IMG/VR virus record: IMGVR_UViG_3300032676_000987
From: an uncultured virus (IMG/VR IMGVR_UViG_3300032676_000987)
Lineage: Duplodnaviria; Heunggongvirae; Uroviricota; Caudoviricetes
Direction: 5' to 3' (one strand)
DNA length: 63,955 nt
Below are positions 1 to 9,351 of this stretch, one piece after another (the first letter of the stretch is position 1; every line of letters begins with the position of its first letter). The notes under the pieces are model-generated. The model was not told the DNA's origin. It saw only the letters and a list, made by a program, of their open reading frames with translations, and made no database searches. The position numbers and the translations under genes were made by a program.

Positions 1-1293
1 ACCCTAATTCCGCATGGTGGAATTGGACAATTCGCAAAGAGTTTCTGTGAAATGATGAGTAGTCATGGCATAAAAGTTGATATCATTACAGATAAAGTTC
101 CACAGGGTCTTGCAGAAGATTTTGTTAAAGAGCTTAAGGTTAATGTAATTTATCCTAAGGTTCCGCTTCAATACACTGATCACAGTGCAATTTTTATGTA
201 TGAAGATAGCTATTGTTATGAACGCATGGCTAACTTTAGAGATGCAATCGTTAAAGCATTAACAACTAACATCTATGACGCATTTGTATGCAACACCTAT
301 GAAACTATACAAGTTGCCGCCGCATTAGGATTATCTGATTGTATTCAAAATATCGCTTACACTCACCTAGAATCACAGATTTTTAAAGATACTAAAAATC
401 CTTTTTTGGACAGTGTCAATGAAATGATGCGTGAGCAGTTACAGTTGAATAGCCTTACTATTGGAACACAAAGTAGGTTTAATCAATCGACATTCTCTAA
501 CGCAGAGTATCTACCTATTCCTATATCAGAAAAAGGATTGCTCGAAAAATACAGCGGACCTCGCGAGGGTATTTTATTTGTAGGTAGATGGGAAGACGGA
601 AAACAGCCCGAACTTTTTATAGAATTGATAAATCAGGTTAAACTGCCGGCCCGTATCATGACCAGTGCCACCGGCGCTAAGAAGTTTGAAGATCGTCTGA
701 AAACTATCAATGCCAAATACGAAATTAAGGTAGGGATCATAGGACAAGAAAAAGTAGATTTCATTTCAGGGTCTAGGATAGCATTTAATCCTAGCACCGT
801 AGAAAGCTATGGCATGGCTTTTTATGAACAGCACATACAATTACCTACATTTGTGCTTGAAAATCAGCGATGGACTAATAACTTTAACAAGAAATTCTTT
901 TTTGAAACCAATAAGAAAACGATGGCTAATGACATCATAGTTGCTTATGAAAAGTACCCTACTGCAAATGATTGGTATCAAGTAGGATCACTATCCAATG
1001 CTATAGCTATGGAATCAACGGTATTTCACAGCTGGAGTAACTGTATCAATAACTTTGTTGAAAAGAAGTCAAACAATAGCACTGCTAAGATATGCAATGA
1101 AACCACTGTAAAGTATGCTGATTTTATAAAAGATTTAGGTAGAAAGATAATCTGCATCGATGACATAAAGTCTGTTCTAACCAATAAGCATAAGTTCAGA
1201 GTTATCTATACGGATAACGATACATACTTAACAAAAGACCCGATGTTCGAACCTAAGAAAGAACTATCGGGCCTAGATTTATTTGAATTTTAG
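1..1293 (+). CDS. GT-B fold (family 4-like) glycosyltransferase, 5'-truncated by window edge
   Basis: Frame is open from base 1 (TLIPHGGIGQF...). Motifs ILFVGRWEDGKQPE and PSTVESYGMAFYE match the GT4 nucleotide-sugar-binding signature. Confidence 0.8.
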   Translation, partial: TLIPHGGIGQFAKSFCEMMSSHGIKVDIITDKVPQGLAEDFVKELKVNVIYPKVPLQYTDHSAIFMYEDSYCYERMANFRDAIVKALTTNIYDAFVCNTYETIQVAAALGLSDCIQNIAYTHLESQIFKDTKNPFLDSVNEMMREQLQLNSLTIGTQSRFNQSTFSNAEYLPIPISEKGLLEKYSGPREGILFVGRWEDGKQPELFIELINQVKLPARIMTSATGAKKFEDRLKTINAKYEIKVGIIGQEKVDFISGSRIAFNPSTVESYGMAFYEQHIQLPTFVLENQRWTNNFNKKFFFETNKKTMANDIIVAYEKYPTANDWYQVGSLSNAIAMESTVFHSWSNCINNFVEKKSNNSTAKICNETTVKYADFIKDLGRKIICIDDIKSVLTNKHKFRVIYTDNDTYLTKDPMFEPKKELSGLDLFEF

Positions 1294-2492
1294 TGCATTA
1301 GCAGGAAGCTGTTTAGAACGTCACTTCTGTTTGCAGAGTCGTCACCGTCTCCCGGCATGACGATCACGTTGTACTTGTTTTTTTCGGAACTAACTGGGGT
1401 TGACATCATTTCATCGTATGTTAGTATTGACTTTGGATCTACACTGTATTTTGCAGCAAGGCGTTCTTTGAATGCCTTGAGATCCTGTTTTGTTTTGAAC
1501 TGCATACGACCTTTGGCGTCCTTCAGTAGTTTTGCTCCGTCTTTAGCAATAAGATCAGTGAATAATTCACGAGGAACAACTCTACTGTTTTTAGTAACAG
1601 CAAAATCGATTTCTTTTTCTTGAGAAGGTTTTGCACCCATTGAATAGTTAATCTTGAAGTTATCAGGCTTTTCTGATTTAGCAACCGATGCTAATTTTGT
1701 GTAAGCATAGAAGTCTACTTTAGGATACTTTTTAGCTAGTGAATATGCCATTGCAAGATATTGTGGAGAGAAGAAGTCACCTGCGTCGTGCCAACGAATT
1801 ACTAGTTTGGTCTTCTTGTCTTTCTTGTTAAACTTTTTGTCTGCTGCTTCAATTTCACTACCCATCATGTCCATAAATCCTGATGGATCATTATAGAGGA
1901 AGTTTAAAAGCTGTGACTGGTCCATCGATACATTCTTCCATTGTATGTAGCCGCCCTTCATAGCGTAACAATATGTTTGACATGCACCCGCACCCGGACA
2001 AGTGTCGATGATTACGAATTCTCCGTTGTCTTCATCGACCGCTAAGCCTTTAAGCGCAGGCAGACCTACATTGTAGAAGACGCTTGCAGTACCATCACTG
2101 TGTTGCATCTTTTCGTTCTGCTTGAGTACTTTGGCTGGCCTCTTAGTGATATCTGAACGTAGTTTCTTTAGATCGTATTTTTCGCCGCCTTCACCAACAA
2201 TAGGAATGTTACTACCATGAATATATGGCTTTTTATACTTATCTGCTTTGCCTTTAGTTTTGCTTGTGATTGTATCGAGGTACTTTGTCATTTCCTCTTT
2301 GCCAAAAGGTCTCGCGGTCGCATCTAGTTTTGCTTCGTCAACCTCTTCCTCTTTCTCATCTGGAGTGAGGATTCCTGACATGTTTAGAAACTGTCCCAAC
2401 GTCATGACATTCAAGTTATCCGAAAACGGAGGTGTTCCCTTGACTTCTCCGGTGTTTTCATTTATTATGTCTATAATTCTACGAATGTCCAT
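1290..2492 (-). CDS. Gp88-like protein (CxxxxxCxxxCYA ... RWHDAGDF)
   Basis: TCPGAGACQTYCYA, IRWHDAGDFFS and FYAYTK motifs. Likely start MDIRRII at 2492, downstream of a TAAATA late promoter. Confidence 0.7.
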   Translation of the reverse strand: MDIRRIIDIINENTGEVKGTPPFSDNLNVMTLGQFLNMSGILTPDEKEEEVDEAKLDATARPFGKEEMTKYLDTITSKTKGKADKYKKPYIHGSNIPIVGEGGEKYDLKKLRSDITKRPAKVLKQNEKMQHSDGTASVFYNVGLPALKGLAVDEDNGEFVIIDTCPGAGACQTYCYAMKGGYIQWKNVSMDQSQLLNFLYNDPSGFMDMMGSEIEAADKKFNKKDKKTKLVIRWHDAGDFFSPQYLAMAYSLAKKYPKVDFYAYTKLASVAKSEKPDNFKINYSMGAKPSQEKEIDFAVTKNSRVVPRELFTDLIAKDGAKLLKDAKGRMQFKTKQDLKAFKERLAAKYSVDPKSILTYDEMMSTPVSSEKNKYNVIVMPGDGDDSANRSDVLNSFLLMH

Positions 2493-2545
2493 ATATAATC
2501 CCATTGTTAAGTATAAACTATTTATCATTCATCTGGAGAAGTACG

Positions 2546-3133
2546 ATTAACATTTTCTATGTAAACTCTGATCCCAAGCTTGCTGCGCAGTCTATGGTCG
2601 ATCGGCACGTGGTCAAAATGATCATCGAGACAGCACAATTGCTATCAACTGCCCATCGTATGCTCGACGGGGTTCAGGAAGCTCAAAAGACGGCCCGAGG
2701 CCGTAACATTAAGCGATATGTTCTATCAGATAGCCGCGAGGATCATCTGTACAAAAGTACCCACGCAAATCACCCGTCTGCTGTTTGGGCCCGGGAATCA
2801 TTGGATAATTACAAGTGGCTACATGCACATTTGATCGCATTAGGTGATGAGTATACTCATCGTTATGGCAAGCAGCATTCTACTATGAAAAGCGTAGCTC
2901 GGATTCTTGAGACTACCCCAACGAACTTGCGCCGAAACGCAATGACTAAAATGCCGTCTTGCATGGCTGTCGAATTTATTATCAGTGATGATCCTATCGT
3001 CAACTATCGAAATTATTACAACAAAGGTAAGAAAGACTTGCATCGCTGGTCTAATCGAGAGCCTCCTGTTTGGATTGACGGTGCTGTTGTTTCTCAACGG
3101 GTTAAGGACAAGACGATATATACTACTATATAA
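2546..3133 (+). CDS. Pyrimidine-dimer DNA glycosylase (DenV-like) family protein
   Basis: NIFY..DP..AA....D.HVVKMI.E.AQLLSTAHR and H.NHPSAVWAR motifs. GGAG at 2535-2538 precedes an ATT codon at the expected Met position. Confidence 0.7.
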   Translation: MNIFYVNSDPKLAAQSMVDRHVVKMIIETAQLLSTAHRMLDGVQEAQKTARGRNIKRYVLSDSREDHLYKSTHANHPSAVWARESLDNYKWLHAHLIALGDEYTHRYGKQHSTMKSVARILETTPTNLRRNAMTKMPSCMAVEFIISDDPIVNYRNYYNKGKKDLHRWSNREPPVWIDGAVVSQRVKDKTIYTTI

Positions 3134-3142
3134 GGAAAAATT

Positions 3143-3595
3143 ATGTTTGATGCATTAAAAAAGTGGTGGAATGGCACACCTGTTGAGCAGCCTGCACCTA
3201 TCCCAGAACTAGTCGAAGTTCCTAAGGTTAGAAAGCCTAGAAAGCCTAGGGCTCCTAAACCAGCGGTACCCGCATTGACTGCTAAGGAACTGGCTACTGC
3301 TGCTGGTCAACCATATATCGCAATTACTAAAGTCGAACTTGATCCCAAAGACATTAACAATGGATCGTTTGAATTAGACTGGAATGACAAGTTTGTGTTA
3401 AATCTTGTCAAACAAGGTTACAAATTTAGACAAAATGACACTGATGCAGAGATTGTTGACCGCTGGTTTCAAACAGTTTGTCGCAATATTGCACTAGAAG
3501 TGTATGAGCAAGAACAAGCAGACCCGGCTAAGCGTGACGATGTTCGTATCATAGCTCAGCGAGATTTGGGTAACGGATTTACTGAGGTCAGCTAA
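3143..3595 (+). CDS. hypothetical protein
   Basis: 150-aa ORF with AAGGA SD, abutting its neighbours. Confidence 0.75.
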   Translation: MFDALKKWWNGTPVEQPAPIPELVEVPKVRKPRKPRAPKPAVPALTAKELATAAGQPYIAITKVELDPKDINNGSFELDWNDKFVLNLVKQGYKFRQNDTDAEIVDRWFQTVCRNIALEVYEQEQADPAKRDDVRIIAQRDLGNGFTEVS

Positions 3596-4108
3596 ATGAA
3601 TAATTTTAAATTTTTACATGAACTAGTAGACTACTTACACAGCGATTCTACCGAAAGTGTTCGACAATATGTCACAGAACAGGTCGTAAAAACCACAGAC
3701 AATAACAAAGGATATTTTTGGGAGGGTGTTTTGGCTAAAGCCATGTCGGGTCACACGACATGGCTTGGGAAACAGACGGTAGGTAGGGATTATGATGACA
3801 ACACTGATGCAAAATTTGCAACATTCTACCGTACAGGCGAGTGCAATCTCACTTTTCAAGCCTAAGTATCCGGAATAAAAAATAAAATTGGACCTCTGAG
3901 AGTGTGTCTATGTGTACCTGGACAGAAATTTCACAAATTGTTTTTCCTATTCATACCGCATGAAGCTTACCAGCAATATATTAAAAACAGCAACGCCGAA
4001 CAAGTTGCATTGAAGTTTGGCTTAGGATCGGGTGGAACTCCCACTAGCCCGCTCATGAAGTACGCTTGTTCATTCCAAGAAGTTTGCAGACCACATATTT
4101 TTCATTAA
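3596..4108 (+). pseudogene. Putative nuclease-like gene interrupted by in-frame TAA at 3863-3865
   Basis: ORFs 3596-3865 and 3902-4108 share a frame and are separated by one stop (FQA*VSGIKNKIGPLRVCLC). E...D-x5-DAK resembles a PD-(D/E)xK core. Confidence 0.55.
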
Positions 4109-4138
4109 AAACCTAACGACAAAAAGGATTTATTAAGT

Positions 4139-5365
4139 ATGTCAAGTTCTAAGTTTCCGTCAGTTTTCAAACGGATTGATATTCTAAACAATAGAAAGGG
4201 TCAAGATACGATTGATTCGGCCGCTAGACCTACTAACGTATTGGACAAGAAACCAGGAGACGTTGCTGGGGTATCTGTAGAAAGTTTAGTAAATGATTTT
4301 GTTAGTTGTCCGCTCGGTGTAAAAACGAAGGACATTTTAGAAAAGAAATCGACTCCGAATCTGGCCATCAAGCCAAAGCCTGAGGAGATTCCGTTGCGCA
4401 AATTACTCAGTGCGCAGGCCGTCCAGCGACCGTATAGCCCAAAACATATCAAAAAGATATTAGAAAACTTTGATAGTAAAAAATCTCAGTTCGTCAATGT
4501 GCTGAAAATCAAGCGCGGAAATAAGCTTAATTATTACATCACAGACGGGCAACACACCGCGATCTGTCATGGTATATTAGCCAAATGGGGATACTATCAT
4601 TCTAGCAAAGGCATTTCATCAGATAAGTGGCTTGATCTAAAAATTGAATGTCAGGTTGTGGAATTTGACAACTTTATATTTGCACGGGAACACTTTTTAG
4701 GTATTAACGGAGATGACAAAAAGAAACTTGCGTCCTTTGACAAATGGAAAAATTACGTATTGGCTAAACGTCAGGATAGTCCGAATTCCATAACGCTCGA
4801 CAAGTATGAAACTGCATATGCATTTCAGAAAATTATGGAATCATATGACATCACTCCGGTTCACGAAAGAGATGATGAAAACAAGGATAAACCCGGAGCC
4901 TTCACTCGGGTAGATTTGCTTAAGGATCTTACTGTAGAAGAAATGCATTGGTGGTGCCAAATTCATAAATGGAACTGGGATGACCGAGCAGTAGATTCGG
5001 TTGAGGTTTTACCGATGGTAACCCTACGTAGGAAAATTAAAGGTACTACGTCACTGTCTAACAAAACAATAAAAGAATTTTTACATACTTTAGGTAACAT
5101 CATTTACAATCTTGAAGGTTCTCCCGGAGAATTTCGACTCTTAGCAGACGCCACGTACAAACACTGGTATAGTATGAAATATCCTAAGGAGAAGATACCT
5201 AACACACCAGCAGACGCTTCATTGGCTCTATGGTTGCAGATATATTATCAGGCCGGCGGAACTTTCAAAAACATATCTAAGAATTTTTTGGACGACTATG
5301 ATGACAACGGATATACGTTGTTTCATGCTTTGTCGCAGGCTAAGCAGACTGCTATCTTAAAATGA
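4139..5365 (+). CDS. ParB/DGQHR-like domain protein
   Basis: VQRPYS...YYITDGQHT motif of the ParB/Srx superfamily; 408 aa. Confidence 0.6.
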   Translation: MSSSKFPSVFKRIDILNNRKGQDTIDSAARPTNVLDKKPGDVAGVSVESLVNDFVSCPLGVKTKDILEKKSTPNLAIKPKPEEIPLRKLLSAQAVQRPYSPKHIKKILENFDSKKSQFVNVLKIKRGNKLNYYITDGQHTAICHGILAKWGYYHSSKGISSDKWLDLKIECQVVEFDNFIFAREHFLGINGDDKKKLASFDKWKNYVLAKRQDSPNSITLDKYETAYAFQKIMESYDITPVHERDDENKDKPGAFTRVDLLKDLTVEEMHWWCQIHKWNWDDRAVDSVEVLPMVTLRRKIKGTTSLSNKTIKEFLHTLGNIIYNLEGSPGEFRLLADATYKHWYSMKYPKEKIPNTPADASLALWLQIYYQAGGTFKNISKNFLDDYDDNGYTLFHALSQAKQTAILK

Positions 5366-5793
5366 CATTAGTTCTGTATATCGCAGAAATAAAAGGGGTT
5401 GACACCTATACCAAACCTGGAATTACAACAGATTTATACAGTCGCACCAATGCATATACTAAAATCGGAAATACAGCAGTAATACATTTTTTAGCTATTG
5501 CTCAGCCAGGTTTTGAGGGGCAGATCAGAACCTTAGAGGAAGACGGGAAAACCTACCTAAAACCCCATAGGTCTAGATTTAATGGACTAGATCGTACAGA
5601 ATATATAAGTGTCAGTAAAACTGGCATCACACCATCTGTGGTAGAAGAATATTTTCGCAAAAAAATTGAAGGTATTCCATCTGTACATATTGTAAAAAAG
5701 GAATATCTTCCTCTTAACATAGAAAGTCCTGACCTTAAGAATTTTATTACACTCGCACTTAAGTATCCAGATAAATATCTTGAAAATTTTTAG
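5362..5793 (+). CDS. GIY-YIG-like (T5orf172-type) domain protein
   Basis: LYIAE...TKPGITTDLYSR pattern; ATGA overlap with the upstream gene. Confidence 0.45.
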   Translation: MTLVLYIAEIKGVDTYTKPGITTDLYSRTNAYTKIGNTAVIHFLAIAQPGFEGQIRTLEEDGKTYLKPHRSRFNGLDRTEYISVSKTGITPSVVEEYFRKKIEGIPSVHIVKKEYLPLNIESPDLKNFITLALKYPDKYLENF

Positions 5794-6156
5794 TAGTTGG
5801 AGTAAAACTGGCATCACACCATCTGTGGTAGAAGATATCGCAGTTTGTTTTGCTGCTAATAAAAGCTGCTGAGATAAACCTAAACTTCTATAATTAGGAT
5901 GAACCCAAAGACCGCGGCTCCTAAACTCTAGTGGACTAGATAAATGTCCGCTGTTAACGGCAATTAAATCTCCCCCATCGTAAATTCCCCAAAAATAAAC
6001 TGGATTACTGAATATACCCATGTCGTATGGTTCAGCTTTTGGCTTAGGCCAAGTCATAGCACTATGTGTTTCAATTTCTGACATTCTGTCGGGCCATAGT
6101 TCATTTTTCCAAATAGGAAGAATCTGAGTGAAAGTTATAACCTGAACATCTAGCAT
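5587..6156 (-). CDS. GNAT acetyltransferase, C-terminus replaced at the 35-bp repeat
   Basis: RSRGLWVHPNYRSLGLS acetyl-CoA motif A. Aligns with 55630-56079 up to about 5836, then diverges. Confidence 0.7.
   Translation of the reverse strand: MLDVQVITFTQILPIWKNELWPDRMSEIETHSAMTWPKPKAEPYDMGIFSNPVYFWGIYDGGDLIAVNSGHLSSPLEFRSRGLWVHPNYRSLGLSQQLLLAAKQTAISSTTDGVMPVLLQLLKIFKIFIWILKCECNKILKVRTFYVKRKIFLFYNMYRWNTFNFFAKIFFYHRWCDASFTDTYIFCTI
5614..5835. repeat. 35-bp exact direct repeat (5614-5648 and 5801-5835)
   Basis: AGTAAAACTGGCATCACACCATCTGTGGTAGAAGA occurs at both positions. Confidence 0.95.
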
Positions 6157-6165
6157 ATGAGTATC

Positions 6166-7116
6166 CTACGTGCCTACAGTTAATTTCTGGTTTGAGTAGA
6201 GTTCGTCTTTGTACAAATACACTACCATATCATTATATTTAACTTGTTCTGATAATTTATATCGAAATAGTATATCAAATGCTCTTTTACTAGGCATATT
6301 ACCATATCGAATGCGTTCTATAGGTGTTAACGTATTATGTTCGTCATAATAGTCTTTGATTAACTCAAATCCGGTAAATTTGGTTTTCTGTGGAATAACG
6401 GGTATACCTGCTTTATGAAGTATTGATATTTTATTATTATACTTATGAAGCATTTCTATATGCCACTCTAAGCCTTTAGTTTGGTCCTCTAGAGGATCAT
6501 ACATAAACTGAGCCATAGCGGCAGCTAACTCTGCGTCGTGTAGAAGGAAGAACGGAATTACATTAGTGTTTACGTCAGCGTATCTCTTAAGACCCAAAAC
6601 AGTATAGGTATAGCATCCTTCTTGAATAAAGTTTCCGCTGAATATATTTGTACCAGATACCATTTCGGCTATTTTCATATGAGAGCATATATGAGGACTT
6701 GTGCAACGATATTTGGCAGCATAATCGTAAAGATGGTTCTCTAGAAAGTCAAAGATATTAAGCTGTTTGTAAGTTATAGGTATGTTGAATTTATTTGCAA
6801 ATTCTTTTAACTGTTCAAGATCATGTTCGTTGTAAACCTTTCCAGTATTGTCTACATATTCTATAGAGATACAATTAAAAGGAACACCAGAATGCATCCA
6901 ACACCAAAGCATAGTCTGACTGTCGGAACCACCGCTTACCATAAGATTATATGGTGCAGGGTACTGGTTAGAAATATCGCGTATGACTCTCTTAGCGATT
7001 TCAGTTATTTTATTGTACGTTGGGGTAAGATTAGATAGGTCTATGTGTAACTGCTTTTCTTCATGAAAAACATCAGAGAATTCGCTTCCCCAACCCATCC
7101 TAGTCCATTGGTGCAC
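6166..7116 (-). CDS. PP-loop (adenine nucleotide alpha-hydrolase / Asn-synthetase-like) protein
   Basis: LMVSGGSDSQ PP-loop; paralog of 62666-63526. Confidence 0.7.
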   Translation of the reverse strand: MHQWTRMGWGSEFSDVFHEEKQLHIDLSNLTPTYNKITEIAKRVIRDISNQYPAPYNLMVSGGSDSQTMLWCWMHSGVPFNCISIEYVDNTGKVYNEHDLEQLKEFANKFNIPITYKQLNIFDFLENHLYDYAAKYRCTSPHICSHMKIAEMVSGTNIFSGNFIQEGCYTYTVLGLKRYADVNTNVIPFFLLHDAELAAAMAQFMYDPLEDQTKGLEWHIEMLHKYNNKISILHKAGIPVIPQKTKFTGFELIKDYYDEHNTLTPIERIRYGNMPSKRAFDILFRYKLSEQVKYNDMVVYLYKDELYSNQKLTVGT

Positions 7117-7122
7117 TGAATC

Positions 7123-7347
7123 CTACCATTTATTAATCGGACAGGAAGCTGATTTTAATTTAGTTTTTGCTAACATAAAGCAGCCGCATAACTTACATTG
7201 GTGAGTAAGATGAGTAAGCTCCGGGCACCCTTTACATATGTCTAGTCGCTGCTCGGCTTCGATTGATGTTACAACTTCGATGGCCGAACTTACTTGGTCT
7301 GCTACCTCAGTCAATCGTTGCTTAAGTTTATCAGCAAACGAAGTCAT
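7123..7347 (-). CDS. Small Cys-rich putative metal-binding protein (DUF6171-like)
   Basis: RLDICKGC...CKLCGCFM.AKTKL..ASCP..KW pattern. Confidence 0.7.
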   Translation of the reverse strand: MTSFADKLKQRLTEVADQVSSAIEVVTSIEAEQRLDICKGCPELTHLTHQCKLCGCFMLAKTKLKSASCPINKW

Positions 7348-7349
7348 TG

Positions 7350-9233
7350 TTACTTACCGAAAATTCTGAACTTTACGTTAGAAGGTAACCGATTATAATC
7401 GACCTTGAAGTAACCGGATTCTGTATTGACCACAGCCTTTTCGTGAACTGTACCGATCAGCTCTTGTGCCATTACACCAGAAAGCCTACGATGCTTATCC
7501 CAAATATAGTTGTATGAATAGATATTCAGTCCATCTATAGTGTCCTCTAAGAGGATATTGTCCTTAACTCTCTCGTCACTACCATATTGACAATAGCAAC
7601 CAAATTTCCCGCTGCCCAGACACGCAAAAGGTCCTTCAAGATAACAGTCGTCAACGCCGCAATATCCGTTAGTCAAACAGGTATTGGCTAGTAATACTGC
7701 ATTTACTACAGGATCTGTCGTAGGAACTAGTGTAGAGATATTGCCTAACGTTACCCCATCTCTGAATACAAACAACATAACACTAATATTTTGAGTTGCA
7801 CCAGAGGCTGAGTACGTTGTTAAGCTCAAAGAAGGAAGTTGTTCATATGGATCGGTTATTGTCGGAGAGGTAATAGTCATTAGTCCGGTTTCATCGATTG
7901 TGACGTAACTAGGTAAATCTGGTCCAGTGATTCTAGTGATAGGTGCATTGACTAGTACATCTGAATAGTACGGCTTACCTGATTCTGAAATTATTCTGAT
8001 TGTAGGAGACACTATAGCAACTGATTGTAGGTATGATGCGATTAAATTCTCAGAAAGAGCATATTTAGGGTCAGAAAGATTCAGCACATCTTTCTTACCT
8101 AAACACATCATTCTGTACATCGTATTATCGTCCATAGTAATATTTGAAGTTGACAATACCCCTGCAAAGTAATCTTTTCTGGCACTATGATTTGTGTAAA
8201 CACTAGGTGTATTTCCGTTACTATCTACATATACACTTAAATTATGAGCAATAGCTCCTGAAGCAATTGCAGAAGAAGCTGAAGTACCTGCAATAAATGC
8301 ATATGTACCTTTTAATCCAGCAGCCCAAATCTTCTCTCCAGGTGCCCAGCCGTCTAGCGCGCCAGAGTTTGTAGTAGAACCCGTTACCGAAATAGCGCTG
8401 CCTGTGTAATCAGAAAAATCACTAGGGGTTAGTGAGTGACCAAATGAACCAATAGTCAATACATCAGGAATAGCAGCAGGGGTAACGTCACCGATTGTAG
8501 TTCCACTATTACCAGCAGCAGCTACCACAAAAATACCTAAATCGATTAGCTCTTGAATTTTAGAGTCTACATATATGTTTCTGGCAATAGACCAACTTAA
8601 GTTAAGAACTGATGGAGGAAGACCATTGCTATTATAATCTACTGCAATCGCATCTAGTGCTGATAATAGATCACTTTGTTTAGTGGCAGTGTTAATATCG
8701 AATACCTTAACTACCTTAATTTCAGCTCTAGTCAGCCCACAAGTATCACCTGCAACTAAACTAGCCAAAGCAGTGCCGTGTCCCTTTGTATCAGTAAAGT
8801 CAGTAGTAAAACTATGTAACAAAGTAACTTTAGCGTTCGTAAAATCAGGATGAGTAGCTTCGATTCCGCTGTCCATAATATATACGACGCTACCAAAACC
8901 ACGACGTTCCTGTGTGTAAGTTGGCTTGGAAAGATCAACGTCATTAAGAGAAACTACCTTCCACCAATCCTTATCGTCATGTACCTGTATATCTAATTCT
9001 TCGCTCTTTGGTTGAGTCACTGTGATATCAAAATCTAGAAGTTTGATATCATTGCCATCATCAGAATTTACTTTTAGTACTGAGGAATCGACCTTAGGTT
9101 CTACCTCTGAGGAAACAAGATGTACATTCTTGAAAGTCGTGTATGCCTTTACTGAGGTCATGTTATTAGCGGCTAAATATGCGTTGATATCAGCATCAGA
9201 TAACGTGGTAGCAAAGTCGATTAGATAATTCAT
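7350..9233 (-). CDS. Subtilisin-like S8 protease with prodomain, Cys-rich segment and C-terminal S74 self-cleaving chaperone domain
   Basis: Triad motifs VYIMDSGI, GHGTALAS and AGTSAS; oxyanion AAGNS. C-terminal SDERVKDNI...YSYNY...GVMAQEL...KVDY. Confidence 0.85.
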   Translation of the reverse strand: MNYLIDFATTLSDADINAYLAANNMTSVKAYTTFKNVHLVSSEVEPKVDSSVLKVNSDDGNDIKLLDFDITVTQPKSEELDIQVHDDKDWWKVVSLNDVDLSKPTYTQERRGFGSVVYIMDSGIEATHPDFTNAKVTLLHSFTTDFTDTKGHGTALASLVAGDTCGLTRAEIKVVKVFDINTATKQSDLLSALDAIAVDYNSNGLPPSVLNLSWSIARNIYVDSKIQELIDLGIFVVAAAGNSGTTIGDVTPAAIPDVLTIGSFGHSLTPSDFSDYTGSAISVTGSTTNSGALDGWAPGEKIWAAGLKGTYAFIAGTSASSAIASGAIAHNLSVYVDSNGNTPSVYTNHSARKDYFAGVLSTSNITMDDNTMYRMMCLGKKDVLNLSDPKYALSENLIASYLQSVAIVSPTIRIISESGKPYYSDVLVNAPITRITGPDLPSYVTIDETGLMTITSPTITDPYEQLPSLSLTTYSASGATQNISVMLFVFRDGVTLGNISTLVPTTDPVVNAVLLANTCLTNGYCGVDDCYLEGPFACLGSGKFGCYCQYGSDERVKDNILLEDTIDGLNIYSYNYIWDKHRRLSGVMAQELIGTVHEKAVVNTESGYFKVDYNRLPSNVKFRIFGK

Positions 9234-9261
9234 AATGGGTTCCTATAATCGGGAGTATATG

Positions 9262-9272
9262 TCTTATTTATC
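9262..9272 (-). promoter_or_regulatory. Late promoter (TAAATA) for the subtilase operon
   Basis: Minus strand GATAAATAAG about 35 nt upstream of the ATG, followed by AGGA SD. Confidence 0.55.
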
Positions 9273-9300
9273 ATCGGAGATCATCTTATCAAATTAAACA

Positions 9301-9329
9301 TTGACATTATCTTATAATCATTGTATTAT
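9301..9329 (+). promoter_or_regulatory. sigma70-type promoter
   Basis: TTGACA-N17-TATTAT upstream of RNase H. Confidence 0.75.
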
Positions 9330-9351
9330 AGTGAAAATAATGAGGATATAG

